From: a virus
Taxonomy: Duplodnaviria; Caudoviricetes
Strand: one strand, 5' to 3'
IMG/VR virus record: IMGVR_UViG_3300037440_000452
Location: 1 to 41,241 of that record
Length of the DNA: 41,241 bases
In this document: in pieces, positions 32,811-41,241 of the stretch
Position numbering within the stretch: position 1 is the stretch's first letter
How the letters are laid out: every line of letters starts with the position of its first letter
Translations under genes and position numbers: made by a program
Notes under the pieces: model-generated
Told to the model about the DNA's origin: nothing
Database searches by the model: none
The model's input: only the letters and a program-made list of their open reading frames with translations

Positions 32811-34266
32811 GCCACTGGTAGTCAAGCCAAAACCTATCAAGGTGGGGATAGGCGGTCGGGGGTCGGGCAAGTCAATCGGGTTCGGTGACATCTTCACGAT
32901 GAAGATGGCCACGGAGAGGGCAGACATTTACTGCCTGCGCGAATACCAGGATTCGATTGTTGATTCCGTCCATAGGGTATTCCGGGACTCAATTCAAAAG
33001 CGCCTGCAGCTCAAGGGCTGGGATGTGCAGGAAAATAAGGTGGTCGCCCCTAATGGAGCTGTAACCACTTACCGGGGCGCCGCTCGAAACCCGGACTCGA
33101 TCCAATCTGCGCAGAACTACAAATATTCGTGGTTTGAAGAGGCCCACAGGGCGAGCAAGTCTTCGCTCGATAAGTTGCTGCCAACCATCCTGCGCAACCC
33201 AGGCGCCGAGTGTTGGTTTTCCGCAAACCCTCAATCCAGCGGCGACCCATTCAGCCAGAGATTTATTGTCCCCTACCTCAAAGAGCTGGAGAGAGACGGC
33301 TATTACGAGGACGAGGTCCATCTGATTGTTGTCATTAACTGGCGAGATAACCCTTGGTGGAATGAGGAGCAGGAACGGTTGAGGTCATGGGATTTCAATA
33401 ATCGCCCTCGCGCCGAATACGACTGGATATGGGAGGGGAAATTCCACGACTCTATCGAGTCCGCGCTGATCCAGCCTGAATGGTTCGACGCCTGCATTGA
33501 CGCGCACAAGAAGCTGGGATGGGAGCCGAAGGGCGCCGTTGTTGCCACCTATGACCCTGCCGATGTTGGTGCTGATGCTCAGGGATTTTCGTTAAGACAC
33601 GGGAATGTGTTTATCGATGTGAGTGAAATACAGGCAGTGAATGCAAACCGCGGCGTGGACGCGGCTTGCGGTCTTGCGATCAAGGGAGGCGCGGATGTTT
33701 TTGGCTGGGACTGTGACGGACTCGGCGCACCACTGAGAGATCAGGTGGCGAGAAACTTTCAGGGAAAGAACATTCGATCATTTATGTTTAAGGGTTCTGA
33801 GGGGCCACATAACCCGGATGCGGTGTTTTCTGCGAGCGACAAATACGGATTCCGAGACAGCAAAAAAAACAAAGACGTGTTTGCGAACAAGCGCGCTCAG
33901 AATTACGCGGGATTGGCTGAAAGATGCCGCAAGACGTGGGAGGCTGTTACCGCCCGTGAAGAAGGTAACCATCTTTACATCGATCAGGATGAGCTGGTTA
34001 GCTTTTCCGGGGAAATCAAGGCGCTCGATGCTTTACGTTCCGAGCTTTGCCGCCTGCCCCTAAAACCAAATGGGGCCGGCCGAATTCTCCTATACACCAA
34101 GGCAGAAATGCGCAGTGGCATCACATTACCAGGCGGAAACAGAGTGACCATTCCCTCTCCAAATATGGGCGACTGCTGCATGATGAGCTTTGATTCCGCT
34201 GCAACCCCGGCGATACGAGCGGGAGCGCATATTCCGCGCCCCGTCCCGGCAATGGGTAAACGTTAA
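32779..34266 (+). CDS. terL: Terminase large subunit (PBSX/Sf6-type)
   Basis: GGRGSGKS, WFEEA, DPAD.G.D, SPNMGD. Confidence 0.93.
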   Translation: MPHLKINRKLEPLVVKPKPIKVGIGGRGSGKSIGFGDIFTMKMATERADIYCLREYQDSIVDSVHRVFRDSIQKRLQLKGWDVQENKVVAPNGAVTTYRGAARNPDSIQSAQNYKYSWFEEAHRASKSSLDKLLPTILRNPGAECWFSANPQSSGDPFSQRFIVPYLKELERDGYYEDEVHLIVVINWRDNPWWNEEQERLRSWDFNNRPRAEYDWIWEGKFHDSIESALIQPEWFDACIDAHKKLGWEPKGAVVATYDPADVGADAQGFSLRHGNVFIDVSEIQAVNANRGVDAACGLAIKGGADVFGWDCDGLGAPLRDQVARNFQGKNIRSFMFKGSEGPHNPDAVFSASDKYGFRDSKKNKDVFANKRAQNYAGLAERCRKTWEAVTAREEGNHLYIDQDELVSFSGEIKALDALRSELCRLPLKPNGAGRILLYTKAEMRSGITLPGGNRVTIPSPNMGDCCMMSFDSAATPAIRAGAHIPRPVPAMGKR

Positions 34267-36377
34267 TGCTCGACCTCGAAGAAATCAAAGACCTTCACGA
34301 AAAGGCCTACATCTACAATCAGACCACACGCGAGCGCGCGGCTGATGACCTGATGTTCGCCTGGGTTACCCAATGGGATGACACCGTGCTCCATGGGTCT
34401 AACCTGTCCTTCCGCGGCGAATTTAATATGATTCGCAAGGCGATGCGGCAGATCAATACAGACCTCACGTCGCAGGAGGTGCAGATTGATTTCGAGCCGC
34501 GAGACGAGAACCGGCAGGACGGCGCCGACATTTTGGATGGGCTGTACCGCGCAGATGATCGGTTAAACATAACTCGAGAGTCCTACGCAACCGCTCGGCA
34601 AGAGACGATTGTTTGTGGGTTCGGAGCTTGGGAGCTGCACACCGAATACAAGACAAACCGGGGGGGCGATGAGGAGCAGGTGATCCGCCGCAAGCCGCTC
34701 CACGAGGCGAACAACAATGTCTTCTGGGATCCGAACGCCAGGCGCCAGGACAAGTCGGACGCGAAATATGTATCGATCCTGGAGCCATACTCTCCGGACG
34801 GTTACCGAGACCTTGTTAAAGAGCTGACCGGTGAAGACCCCGGAGAAACAAGGCCCAGCAATTTCGACTTCCCTCAAACCTCATACACATTCCCCTGGTA
34901 TGACAGCGGGAACAGTCTGGTTTATGTAGCCTGCTTTTATCACCGGGAGCGCGTGAAAGACAAGGTGATCACTTTCGCCGACCCGCTTGGTCAGCCTATG
35001 AAGCTGCGCGAGTCGGACATAAAAGAGGTTATTGATGAGCTGTTAGACGGTGGGTACGAGATTGTCAGCGAGAAGGAAATCAAGCGCTGGCAGGTGACCA
35101 AATACTACGCATCTGGCGCCAAGGTAATTGATTCGTATGTTGTGGCCGGTGAGGAAATTCCCGTTGTCCCGATGTACGGCGAGCGCCAGTTTGTAGAGGG
35201 AGAGGAGTGTTACGAGGGCAACACTCGACTGGCTAAAGATCCGCAGAGGCTTCGAAATTTCCAGCTGTCCTACTTGGCCGACATTGTTTCCCGCTCCCCC
35301 CGGCCGAAGCCCATATTCAACCCTGAGCAAATCCAGGGATTTGAATTTATGTACGAGGAGAACGGAGCCGACAACAACTATCCGTATTATCTGCAAAACC
35401 GACTGGACTCAAGCGGTAATCCTCTCCCAGTCGGCCCGATAGCTGAAATGCCAGAACAGAGAGTTCCGCAGGCCCTAGCCCTCTCAATGCAACTGATGCG
35501 CGAGGCAATTGAGGATGTGGCCAATCCTGGGACACCGCAGGATATAGCCGACGTCAACTTGTCCGGGAAGGCCGTGATGGCGCTTCAGAGGCGCATCGAT
35601 GACCAGTCAGCGGTCTACCAGGAGTCTCTAAAGCACGCCAAGCGTAGGGATGCTGAGATCTATGCGTCGATGGCGGCCGAGATACACGACACGCCGAAAA
35701 CTGTAACTCTACAGCTCCCGGACGGCACCACAAAAAAGACCCAAATCATGCAGGCCGTGCAAGACCGGGAGACTGGCGAGCTGGTTGTTCTAAATGATTT
35801 AACCAATATGGAGTTCGATGTCTACGCGGACATTGGGCCTTCCTACGCGACCAAAAAAGAGGAAACGCTAGAGCAATTGCAGAAGATGATTGCGCTGGTT
35901 GATCCTGGCGATCCGATCCGAAAAATGTTGTTGATGCAAACTCTGACGCTGATCGACGGCATTGCCATGCAGCCGGTGCGGGACTTTGCGCGCAAACAAA
36001 TGATTCTGGGCGGATTTATCGAGCCCGACACGCCAGAGGAACAGCAACTGCTCCAGCAGGCCTCACAGGAGCAGCAAAAGCCTGACCCCGCCATGGTATT
36101 GGCTCAAGCCGAAATGCTGAAAGGGCAAGCCGACATGGCCCGAGAGCAGCGCCAAGCCGCCGTCGATGCAGCTAAGGCGCAGAACGATAAGGCCAAGACT
36201 GACATTGATGCATTCCGGGCGCAGACCGACCGGGCCAGCGTGCAGGTGGATGCTCAGAAAGCCGGGGCTGAAATCAATTACAAACAGGTGCAGTCATTCG
36301 GACAGCAGCTGGACAACAGGATGAAGGCGGCAGCATTCCGCGCGCGATTAAGTCCACCCCCTCGAATGATGCAATAA
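34266..36377 (+). CDS. Portal protein (P22 gp1-like)
   Basis: 703 aa; KDPQRLRN, SGKAV, Gln/Ala-rich barrel. Confidence 0.93.
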   Translation: MLDLEEIKDLHEKAYIYNQTTRERAADDLMFAWVTQWDDTVLHGSNLSFRGEFNMIRKAMRQINTDLTSQEVQIDFEPRDENRQDGADILDGLYRADDRLNITRESYATARQETIVCGFGAWELHTEYKTNRGGDEEQVIRRKPLHEANNNVFWDPNARRQDKSDAKYVSILEPYSPDGYRDLVKELTGEDPGETRPSNFDFPQTSYTFPWYDSGNSLVYVACFYHRERVKDKVITFADPLGQPMKLRESDIKEVIDELLDGGYEIVSEKEIKRWQVTKYYASGAKVIDSYVVAGEEIPVVPMYGERQFVEGEECYEGNTRLAKDPQRLRNFQLSYLADIVSRSPRPKPIFNPEQIQGFEFMYEENGADNNYPYYLQNRLDSSGNPLPVGPIAEMPEQRVPQALALSMQLMREAIEDVANPGTPQDIADVNLSGKAVMALQRRIDDQSAVYQESLKHAKRRDAEIYASMAAEIHDTPKTVTLQLPDGTTKKTQIMQAVQDRETGELVVLNDLTNMEFDVYADIGPSYATKKEETLEQLQKMIALVDPGDPIRKMLLMQTLTLIDGIAMQPVRDFARKQMILGGFIEPDTPEEQQLLQQASQEQQKPDPAMVLAQAEMLKGQADMAREQRQAAVDAAKAQNDKAKTDIDAFRAQTDRASVQVDAQKAGAEINYKQVQSFGQQLDNRMKAAAFRARLSPPPRMMQ

Positions 36378-36393
36378 AGAAAACGAATTCACT

Positions 36394-36418
36394 AAACCCG
36401 CCTAGAGCGGGTTTTTTT
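36394..36418 (+). terminator. Intrinsic terminator
   Basis: AAACCCGC-CTAGA-GCGGGTTT followed by a T run. Confidence 0.65.
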
Positions 36419-36503
36419 GTACCCGAAATTTACTGAGGCGAACAGGTTAAACGCAGCCCCTACCTGGTGGGCCACCAGGGCTATCGTACCAAGCGAGTGA
36501 ACT

Positions 36504-37517
36504 ATGCAAACCCTAGCTGAACTGAAGGCGAAGAATCTCGCCGAAGAAGAAGCCGCCCAGAAAGCAGCGGAAGAAGCCAAAGCCGCAGAGGCTGAAGAAG
36601 CCGAAGAGGAAGAGGAAGAACCCGAGGGCGAAACGCAGACTGATGAGGCGGAAGCCGAGGAAGAAAAGCTCGGTGAAACCGAAGACTGGATGCGAGGAGA
36701 TGAGGGATCTCCAGATGCTGAGAAGAAGTTTGGTGATTCCGACGTGGCCGCCGCAAAGCGCAAGCTCAGGGCGAAGCTGGAGCGACAACACCAAACGCGC
36801 GAAGAGGATCTACAGCGGCAGATTGATGATCTGAAGAAATCCCAAAGCAGACCGGCGGCAACCGAACAATTGCCCCCTCATCCAAAACGGGACGACTTCA
36901 GTGACCACGACGACCCGGATGCTGCATTTACGCAGGCACTGGTCGAGTGGAATCAAAAAGCCGCTGAAGCAAAGGCGAGGGCTGAAAGCGCAGCGCAAGA
37001 GGTAACGCGCCAACGCGGTGAGGCCATCGCTAAAGTATCCAGCGCAGTCGATCAGCATTATGAACGGGCAGTAACGCTGGCAGAAAAAAGTGGCATTAGC
37101 CCCGAGGCATATCAAACAGCCGACTTGAGAGTCCGGCAGGCCATTGATTCAGTTTTCAATGGCGCTGGTGATCAAGTTACGGATGCATTGATAGCCCATT
37201 TGGGAGAAGGATCGGAGAAGGTTTTTTATAACCTTTCAGTAAATTCTGGCCGACTTTCGGAGCTGACCAATCGACTCAAGAATGATTCAAGCGGACTCAG
37301 TGCCGCCGCATTCCTGGGACAACTTAATGCCGAGCTGAAACTGCCCACCAAACGAAACTCATCCGCCCCCAAGCCAACACCGCAAATTTCCGGAGATAAA
37401 AAAGGCTCAACGGACGCTAGACGCCTGCGCGAAAAATATCGCAAGGCCAGCGGCCAGAAAGCTTTTGATCTCCGCAGAGAAGCGCGCCGGCAGGGAGTAG
37501 ACACTCAAGACTGGTAA
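36504..37517 (+). CDS. Scaffolding protein
   Basis: Acidic helical N-terminus, basic C-terminus; between portal and coat. Confidence 0.85.
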   Translation: MQTLAELKAKNLAEEEAAQKAAEEAKAAEAEEAEEEEEEPEGETQTDEAEAEEEKLGETEDWMRGDEGSPDAEKKFGDSDVAAAKRKLRAKLERQHQTREEDLQRQIDDLKKSQSRPAATEQLPPHPKRDDFSDHDDPDAAFTQALVEWNQKAAEAKARAESAAQEVTRQRGEAIAKVSSAVDQHYERAVTLAEKSGISPEAYQTADLRVRQAIDSVFNGAGDQVTDALIAHLGEGSEKVFYNLSVNSGRLSELTNRLKNDSSGLSAAAFLGQLNAELKLPTKRNSSAPKPTPQISGDKKGSTDARRLREKYRKASGQKAFDLRREARRQGVDTQDW

Positions 37518-37529
37518 GGAGATAGCCAA

Positions 37530-38804
37530 ATGGCTACTACAGGAAAAACCGCCGAGGTAATGTTCGATGAATACCTCAAAACGTACGAAGACCAACAGTT
37601 AATGGTCGAACTGTGTGATCGTTTCGAACCCGATCACGCAACCATGCAGAACTCCAACAACTGGATCTGGCGTTCTGTGCAACAACACCGTCCCGTTTTG
37701 ACTGGTTGGGATTTAACAGGCCAGGAACAGGACATCATCGAAGAAACCTACCCGGCCACACTGGGAGACCCTCGCGGCGACTTTATCGGTCAGCGTGCCG
37801 ATATGCTGCGTGACATGCAGTTCTGGACTCGGGCGGGTCAGCAGGCAGCCCGGCAGCAGGTGACGGAGCAGAACAAGACCCTTGCGCAGCGCATTGCTAC
37901 TCAAGGTTCCCTGTTCTACCGCTTCGACACCAACACCACTTCGCCGGGCTTTAAGTTCGTCAACGAGGCGGCCACGATTCTCACTGAGCGCGAGTCGTAT
38001 CAAACTCAGTGGAATATGTGCCTCAACCCCCGCGACGAGCAGACGTTCTCTGGTGAGCTGTCAGGTCGTCAGACGTTGGCCGGGCGCCCAGAATCCGATG
38101 CGTGGAAGAAGGGTCAGATTGGGCAGCACATTGCTGAGGTTGATGTTTACCGCGGTGCGTTTTTGCCGAACCTGGTTGGCGGTGCCTCACCCGACACAAC
38201 TGTCACGGGCGATCAGTCGTTTGCGCCAGAGGGGGGTTCTGTGTCCGCTACCGGCGTTGTAACCAATGTCGACTATCGCTTAGCTGCCATCCCGGTTGCT
38301 GCGACAGCGGGTTACAACGTGGGGGACAAAATCACGCTGGGTGTGAATTCGGTAAGTCTCGCTGACAAAACCGACACCGGACAGCTGATGACCTTTTCCA
38401 TCGTCGGTATCCCAGACGGAACCACACTGGAAATCTTCCCCAAGCCAATCGCTTTGGATGATCCAGGACTAACCGCGTTGGAGCAGTCCTATGCCAACAT
38501 CGTCACCCAGATCACAGACGCAACTGTTGTATCGCGCATCAACACCGATGCATTAGCGCGCACCAATGTGTTCTGGGATAAGGAAGCGGTGGAAGTGTAC
38601 TCCGGCGGCATCCCGGCCGATCTGTTCAAAGAGTACGATGGAATGAAGGTTCTTACCGACACCATGCCGAACGGGCAGAAAATGTACATGATGTACGACG
38701 GAAACATTGCGACGATGACATTCCGTTACCGGCTGTTCACTTGGTGGGACATCACCATCAAAGACCCGTCTCGCTGCGGTTCTGGAGTGACCTTCTCCAC
38801 CTAA
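37530..38804 (+). CDS. Major capsid protein (P22 gp5-like)
   Basis: 424 aa; TNVDYR, K.DTGQLMTFSI, PKPIALDD. Confidence 0.93.
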   Translation: MATTGKTAEVMFDEYLKTYEDQQLMVELCDRFEPDHATMQNSNNWIWRSVQQHRPVLTGWDLTGQEQDIIEETYPATLGDPRGDFIGQRADMLRDMQFWTRAGQQAARQQVTEQNKTLAQRIATQGSLFYRFDTNTTSPGFKFVNEAATILTERESYQTQWNMCLNPRDEQTFSGELSGRQTLAGRPESDAWKKGQIGQHIAEVDVYRGAFLPNLVGGASPDTTVTGDQSFAPEGGSVSATGVVTNVDYRLAAIPVAATAGYNVGDKITLGVNSVSLADKTDTGQLMTFSIVGIPDGTTLEIFPKPIALDDPGLTALEQSYANIVTQITDATVVSRINTDALARTNVFWDKEAVEVYSGGIPADLFKEYDGMKVLTDTMPNGQKMYMMYDGNIATMTFRYRLFTWWDITIKDPSRCGSGVTFST

Positions 38805-38811
38805 CTTGTGT

Positions 38812-38833
38812 AGCCCCTTCGGGGGCTTTTTTT
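38812..38833 (+). terminator. Terminator after capsid gene
   Basis: AGCCCC-TTCGG-GGGGCT style hairpin followed by a T run. Confidence 0.8.
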
Positions 38834-38846
38834 ATTGAGGGATAGC

Positions 38847-39137
38847 ATGGCTACCATACTTTACAAAGACGGCATTGCTCACAGAGTAGACCCGCGCCGC
38901 GTACAGCAGCACTTGGCTGTGGGATACACGACCACTCCTTTGGCCGTGGTGAAAAAAACTGATCCAGTGATCGACAGTGCTGTAGAAACAAGCGGTGCGC
39001 ACACTTACCCATCCGACGATAAAGACAAGCTCGCAGAGTGGGCGAAAGAGCATCACGGAATCAATCTTGATAAGCGCAAAGGCTTAGACAAGCTGATCGC
39101 GGAAGTTGACGCAGCGCTGGCACAGCGGGAAACCTGA
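38847..39137 (+). CDS. Hypothetical protein with HeH/Rho-N-like C-terminus
   Basis: DKLAEWAKEHHGINLDKRK...LIAEV; GAGG RBS. Confidence 0.7.
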   Translation: MATILYKDGIAHRVDPRRVQQHLAVGYTTTPLAVVKKTDPVIDSAVETSGAHTYPSDDKDKLAEWAKEHHGINLDKRKGLDKLIAEVDAALAQRET

Positions 39138-39138
39138 C

Positions 39139-41241
39139 ATGCAACTATTCTTCGATAACGTCCAAGACACCAAGGGCAATGCGATTGTTGACGCGAACGT
39201 TATTGTCACGAATTATCCGTCTGGTACCACGGCGATCATCTACGATGAGAATGATGCAATTCCAGCAAATGAAATTACAAATCTTGTTACAGATGCACAG
39301 GGGCAATACCAGTTCTTTGCGCCTAATGGCCGTTATTCAATAACGATAAAGAAAAACACCATTACCCTTGATGAAATCATTGATTTTGAAATTGCGGAGT
39401 TAGTTGGCGGTGGCGGGGTTCAGTCTGTAACTGCTGATACATCTGGCAACATTTTAGTCAATAATGCAGACCCACAAAATCCGGTAGTTGATCTAAACAA
39501 TACTTTAGAGTTTCCTAATTTCCTCTCAATAACAACCAATGGTATTGGAGTAGAAAACGTTATAGATGCCAGCGGTGAGCCTGTAATTGTATGGGAATAT
39601 GACGGAACAGACACTAGGCTAAGCTTCCAGCATAATGGAACTCCCCGACTAGACATAGATGAAAATGGGATATTGCTTAATTACGCATATTGGCCTATTG
39701 CGAATGGTGATCCGGGTCAAGTTTTAACTGCAGACGGGTTAAATCAACTAACATGGGAAACCCCAAGCTCAGGTGGTGGGGTAGATTCAGTTATTGGGGG
39801 GGCCAATGTTACTATCACGGGAACGGCAACCGACCCGGTAGTAAATGTTCCGTTCATAGGCGTGGAGAATATCAACGCTGGGGACAATGTAACAATCACA
39901 GGGGCAGCAACCAATCCTGTTATTAACGTACCGAACCTCGGCCCCGATACATTTTTAGAGCTAGACGACACACCGGCGAATTACACGGGATTTGGCTTAC
40001 AATCAGTTAGGGTTAATGCCGGAGAGACGGGCCTTCAGTTTGCTCCTTTCCCTGATACCGGAGTTGCTTCTGTAGTCGCTGGAACAAACGTAACCGTAGA
40101 CAACACAGACCCGGCCAATCCGGTAGTGAACGTTCCTGTAATTGGGGCGGAGGCGTTCACAGAGCTTACAGACACCCCAGCAGACTACACAGGAGCGGCG
40201 GGGCAAGCTGTAGTAGTTAATGGCGGAGAAAGCGGACTGGAGTTTATTCCGTTCCCCGCCAGCGGCATAGACATAGCCCAAGACGGAGTAGTGCAGGCTG
40301 CTGGAGCAACGGAGATTGATTTTCTCGTTAACTTTGACGTTAGTCTTGCAGGAGAAATTTCGCATAAGCCTGATGCGGATATGGTTTTTGATCAAGGATT
40401 TGATATAAACTTTGGCACCGGGGGTAGCATACGGGAGAGCGCGTTAAATAGATTGGAAATTCGCTCTACTAATGATTCTATTCTTATAGCCGATCAATTT
40501 AGCAGTAATTTTATAAGTATTCTTGCCGATGGTGTTACTGTTTCCAACAGCTCTTTTGGGGCATTGGAAATATCCGATGTTCTCGGAGCTGTAAGATTAA
40601 GAGGAACTAACCTAAACGACCATCTAATTATTAGTCCTACCACAACTCAGCTTAGCCAACAAAGCGGCGGGCAGATAATAATTGAAGATGGAACTGGCAT
40701 ACACATAAACGGTGGCGGTGCTGTAACTATGGAAGCCGGTGGTGGCGCTACTTTTCTTAGTGCAACTTGGGACGGCTCCGACACCACAGTATCCCTGCAT
40801 CATAATGGTGCTGATGTTTTGGCAATAGGCTCTTTTGGGTTTTTCACAGAAAACGTCGACCATGGTTTTTTCGGCGCAGTCCCAGTCACTCAGCCAATCC
40901 TAACCTCCGGCACCCAACAAGAGCTAACAGCAGCTTTAGGCTCTACTTCTGGGTTGGGTTTGGTGGATGACTCAGCAGCAGCCGCATGGGTTCCAGTAGT
41001 AACTACTCCAGAGGTAGTAGATTCCAACAACTCCAATTCATACGCTCCAGTAAACCCGCAGCGCACAGTTACCTACCTGATCGACACTTTGACAGATGGC
41101 GCACAGACAACGCATATGCAGCCTGACGACTGGGAGCCGGGCGACGTTGTTCGGTTTGTGGATTATGAATCCAATTTCGGAACAGCAAGCTTCACTATTG
41201 ATTTTGAAACCCACAACTTTGAAGGTACCGGTTCAGCCACT
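39139..41241 (+). CDS. Large fibre-like virion protein (728 aa including the wrap to 211), absent from the ORF track
   Basis: Hand-translated open frame MQLFFDNVQDTKGNAI...; internal NPVVNVP and ELxDTPAxYTG repeats. Confidence 0.85.
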   Translation, partial: MQLFFDNVQDTKGNAIVDANVIVTNYPSGTTAIIYDENDAIPANEITNLVTDAQGQYQFFAPNGRYSITIKKNTITLDEIIDFEIAELVGGGGVQSVTADTSGNILVNNADPQNPVVDLNNTLEFPNFLSITTNGIGVENVIDASGEPVIVWEYDGTDTRLSFQHNGTPRLDIDENGILLNYAYWPIANGDPGQVLTADGLNQLTWETPSSGGGVDSVIGGANVTITGTATDPVVNVPFIGVENINAGDNVTITGAATNPVINVPNLGPDTFLELDDTPANYTGFGLQSVRVNAGETGLQFAPFPDTGVASVVAGTNVTVDNTDPANPVVNVPVIGAEAFTELTDTPADYTGAAGQAVVVNGGESGLEFIPFPASGIDIAQDGVVQAAGATEIDFLVNFDVSLAGEISHKPDADMVFDQGFDINFGTGGSIRESALNRLEIRSTNDSILIADQFSSNFISILADGVTVSNSSFGALEISDVLGAVRLRGTNLNDHLIISPTTTQLSQQSGGQIIIEDGTGIHINGGGAVTMEAGGGATFLSATWDGSDTTVSLHHNGADVLAIGSFGFFTENVDHGFFGAVPVTQPILTSGTQQELTAALGSTSGLGLVDDSAAAAWVPVVTTPEVVDSNNSNSYAPVNPQRTVTYLIDTLTDGAQTTHMQPDDWEPGDVVRFVDYESNFGTASFTIDFETHNFEGTGSAT
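41115..41241. repeat. Terminal direct repeat copy 2
   Basis: Identical to 1-127. Confidence 0.95.

Overview
The window is a complete circular genome (41,114 bp; bases 1-127 are repeated at 41115-41241) of a temperate P22-like podophage with lambdoid gene order, most likely infecting a gammaproteobacterium. It contains P22-type terminase, portal, scaffold, coat, gp4/gp10/gp26-like tail, ejection and tailspike genes; an immI-like island with a Bro-N antirepressor; an intact attP (tRNA-His 3' half) next to int/xis; an early-left operon (Erf, YqaJ exonuclease, C5 methyltransferase); an HK022-like immunity region; replication, nin and Q-like genes; a moron; and holin/endolysin genes. Best leads: (1) a C5 methyltransferase whose motif IX lies in a second, fully overlapping reading frame; (2) a C4/IsrK-type antisense-RNA switch on the antirepressor, paired with a repressor that lacks an autocleavage domain; (3) a ~760-bp gene-free run of long RNA stems in the early-right operon; (4) a tandem of two alternative gene cassettes bounded by direct repeats; (5) a 728-aa fibre gene missed by the ORF track, followed by an in-frame, start-less fibre domain. 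All family assignments come from motif recognition and synteny, not from database searches.
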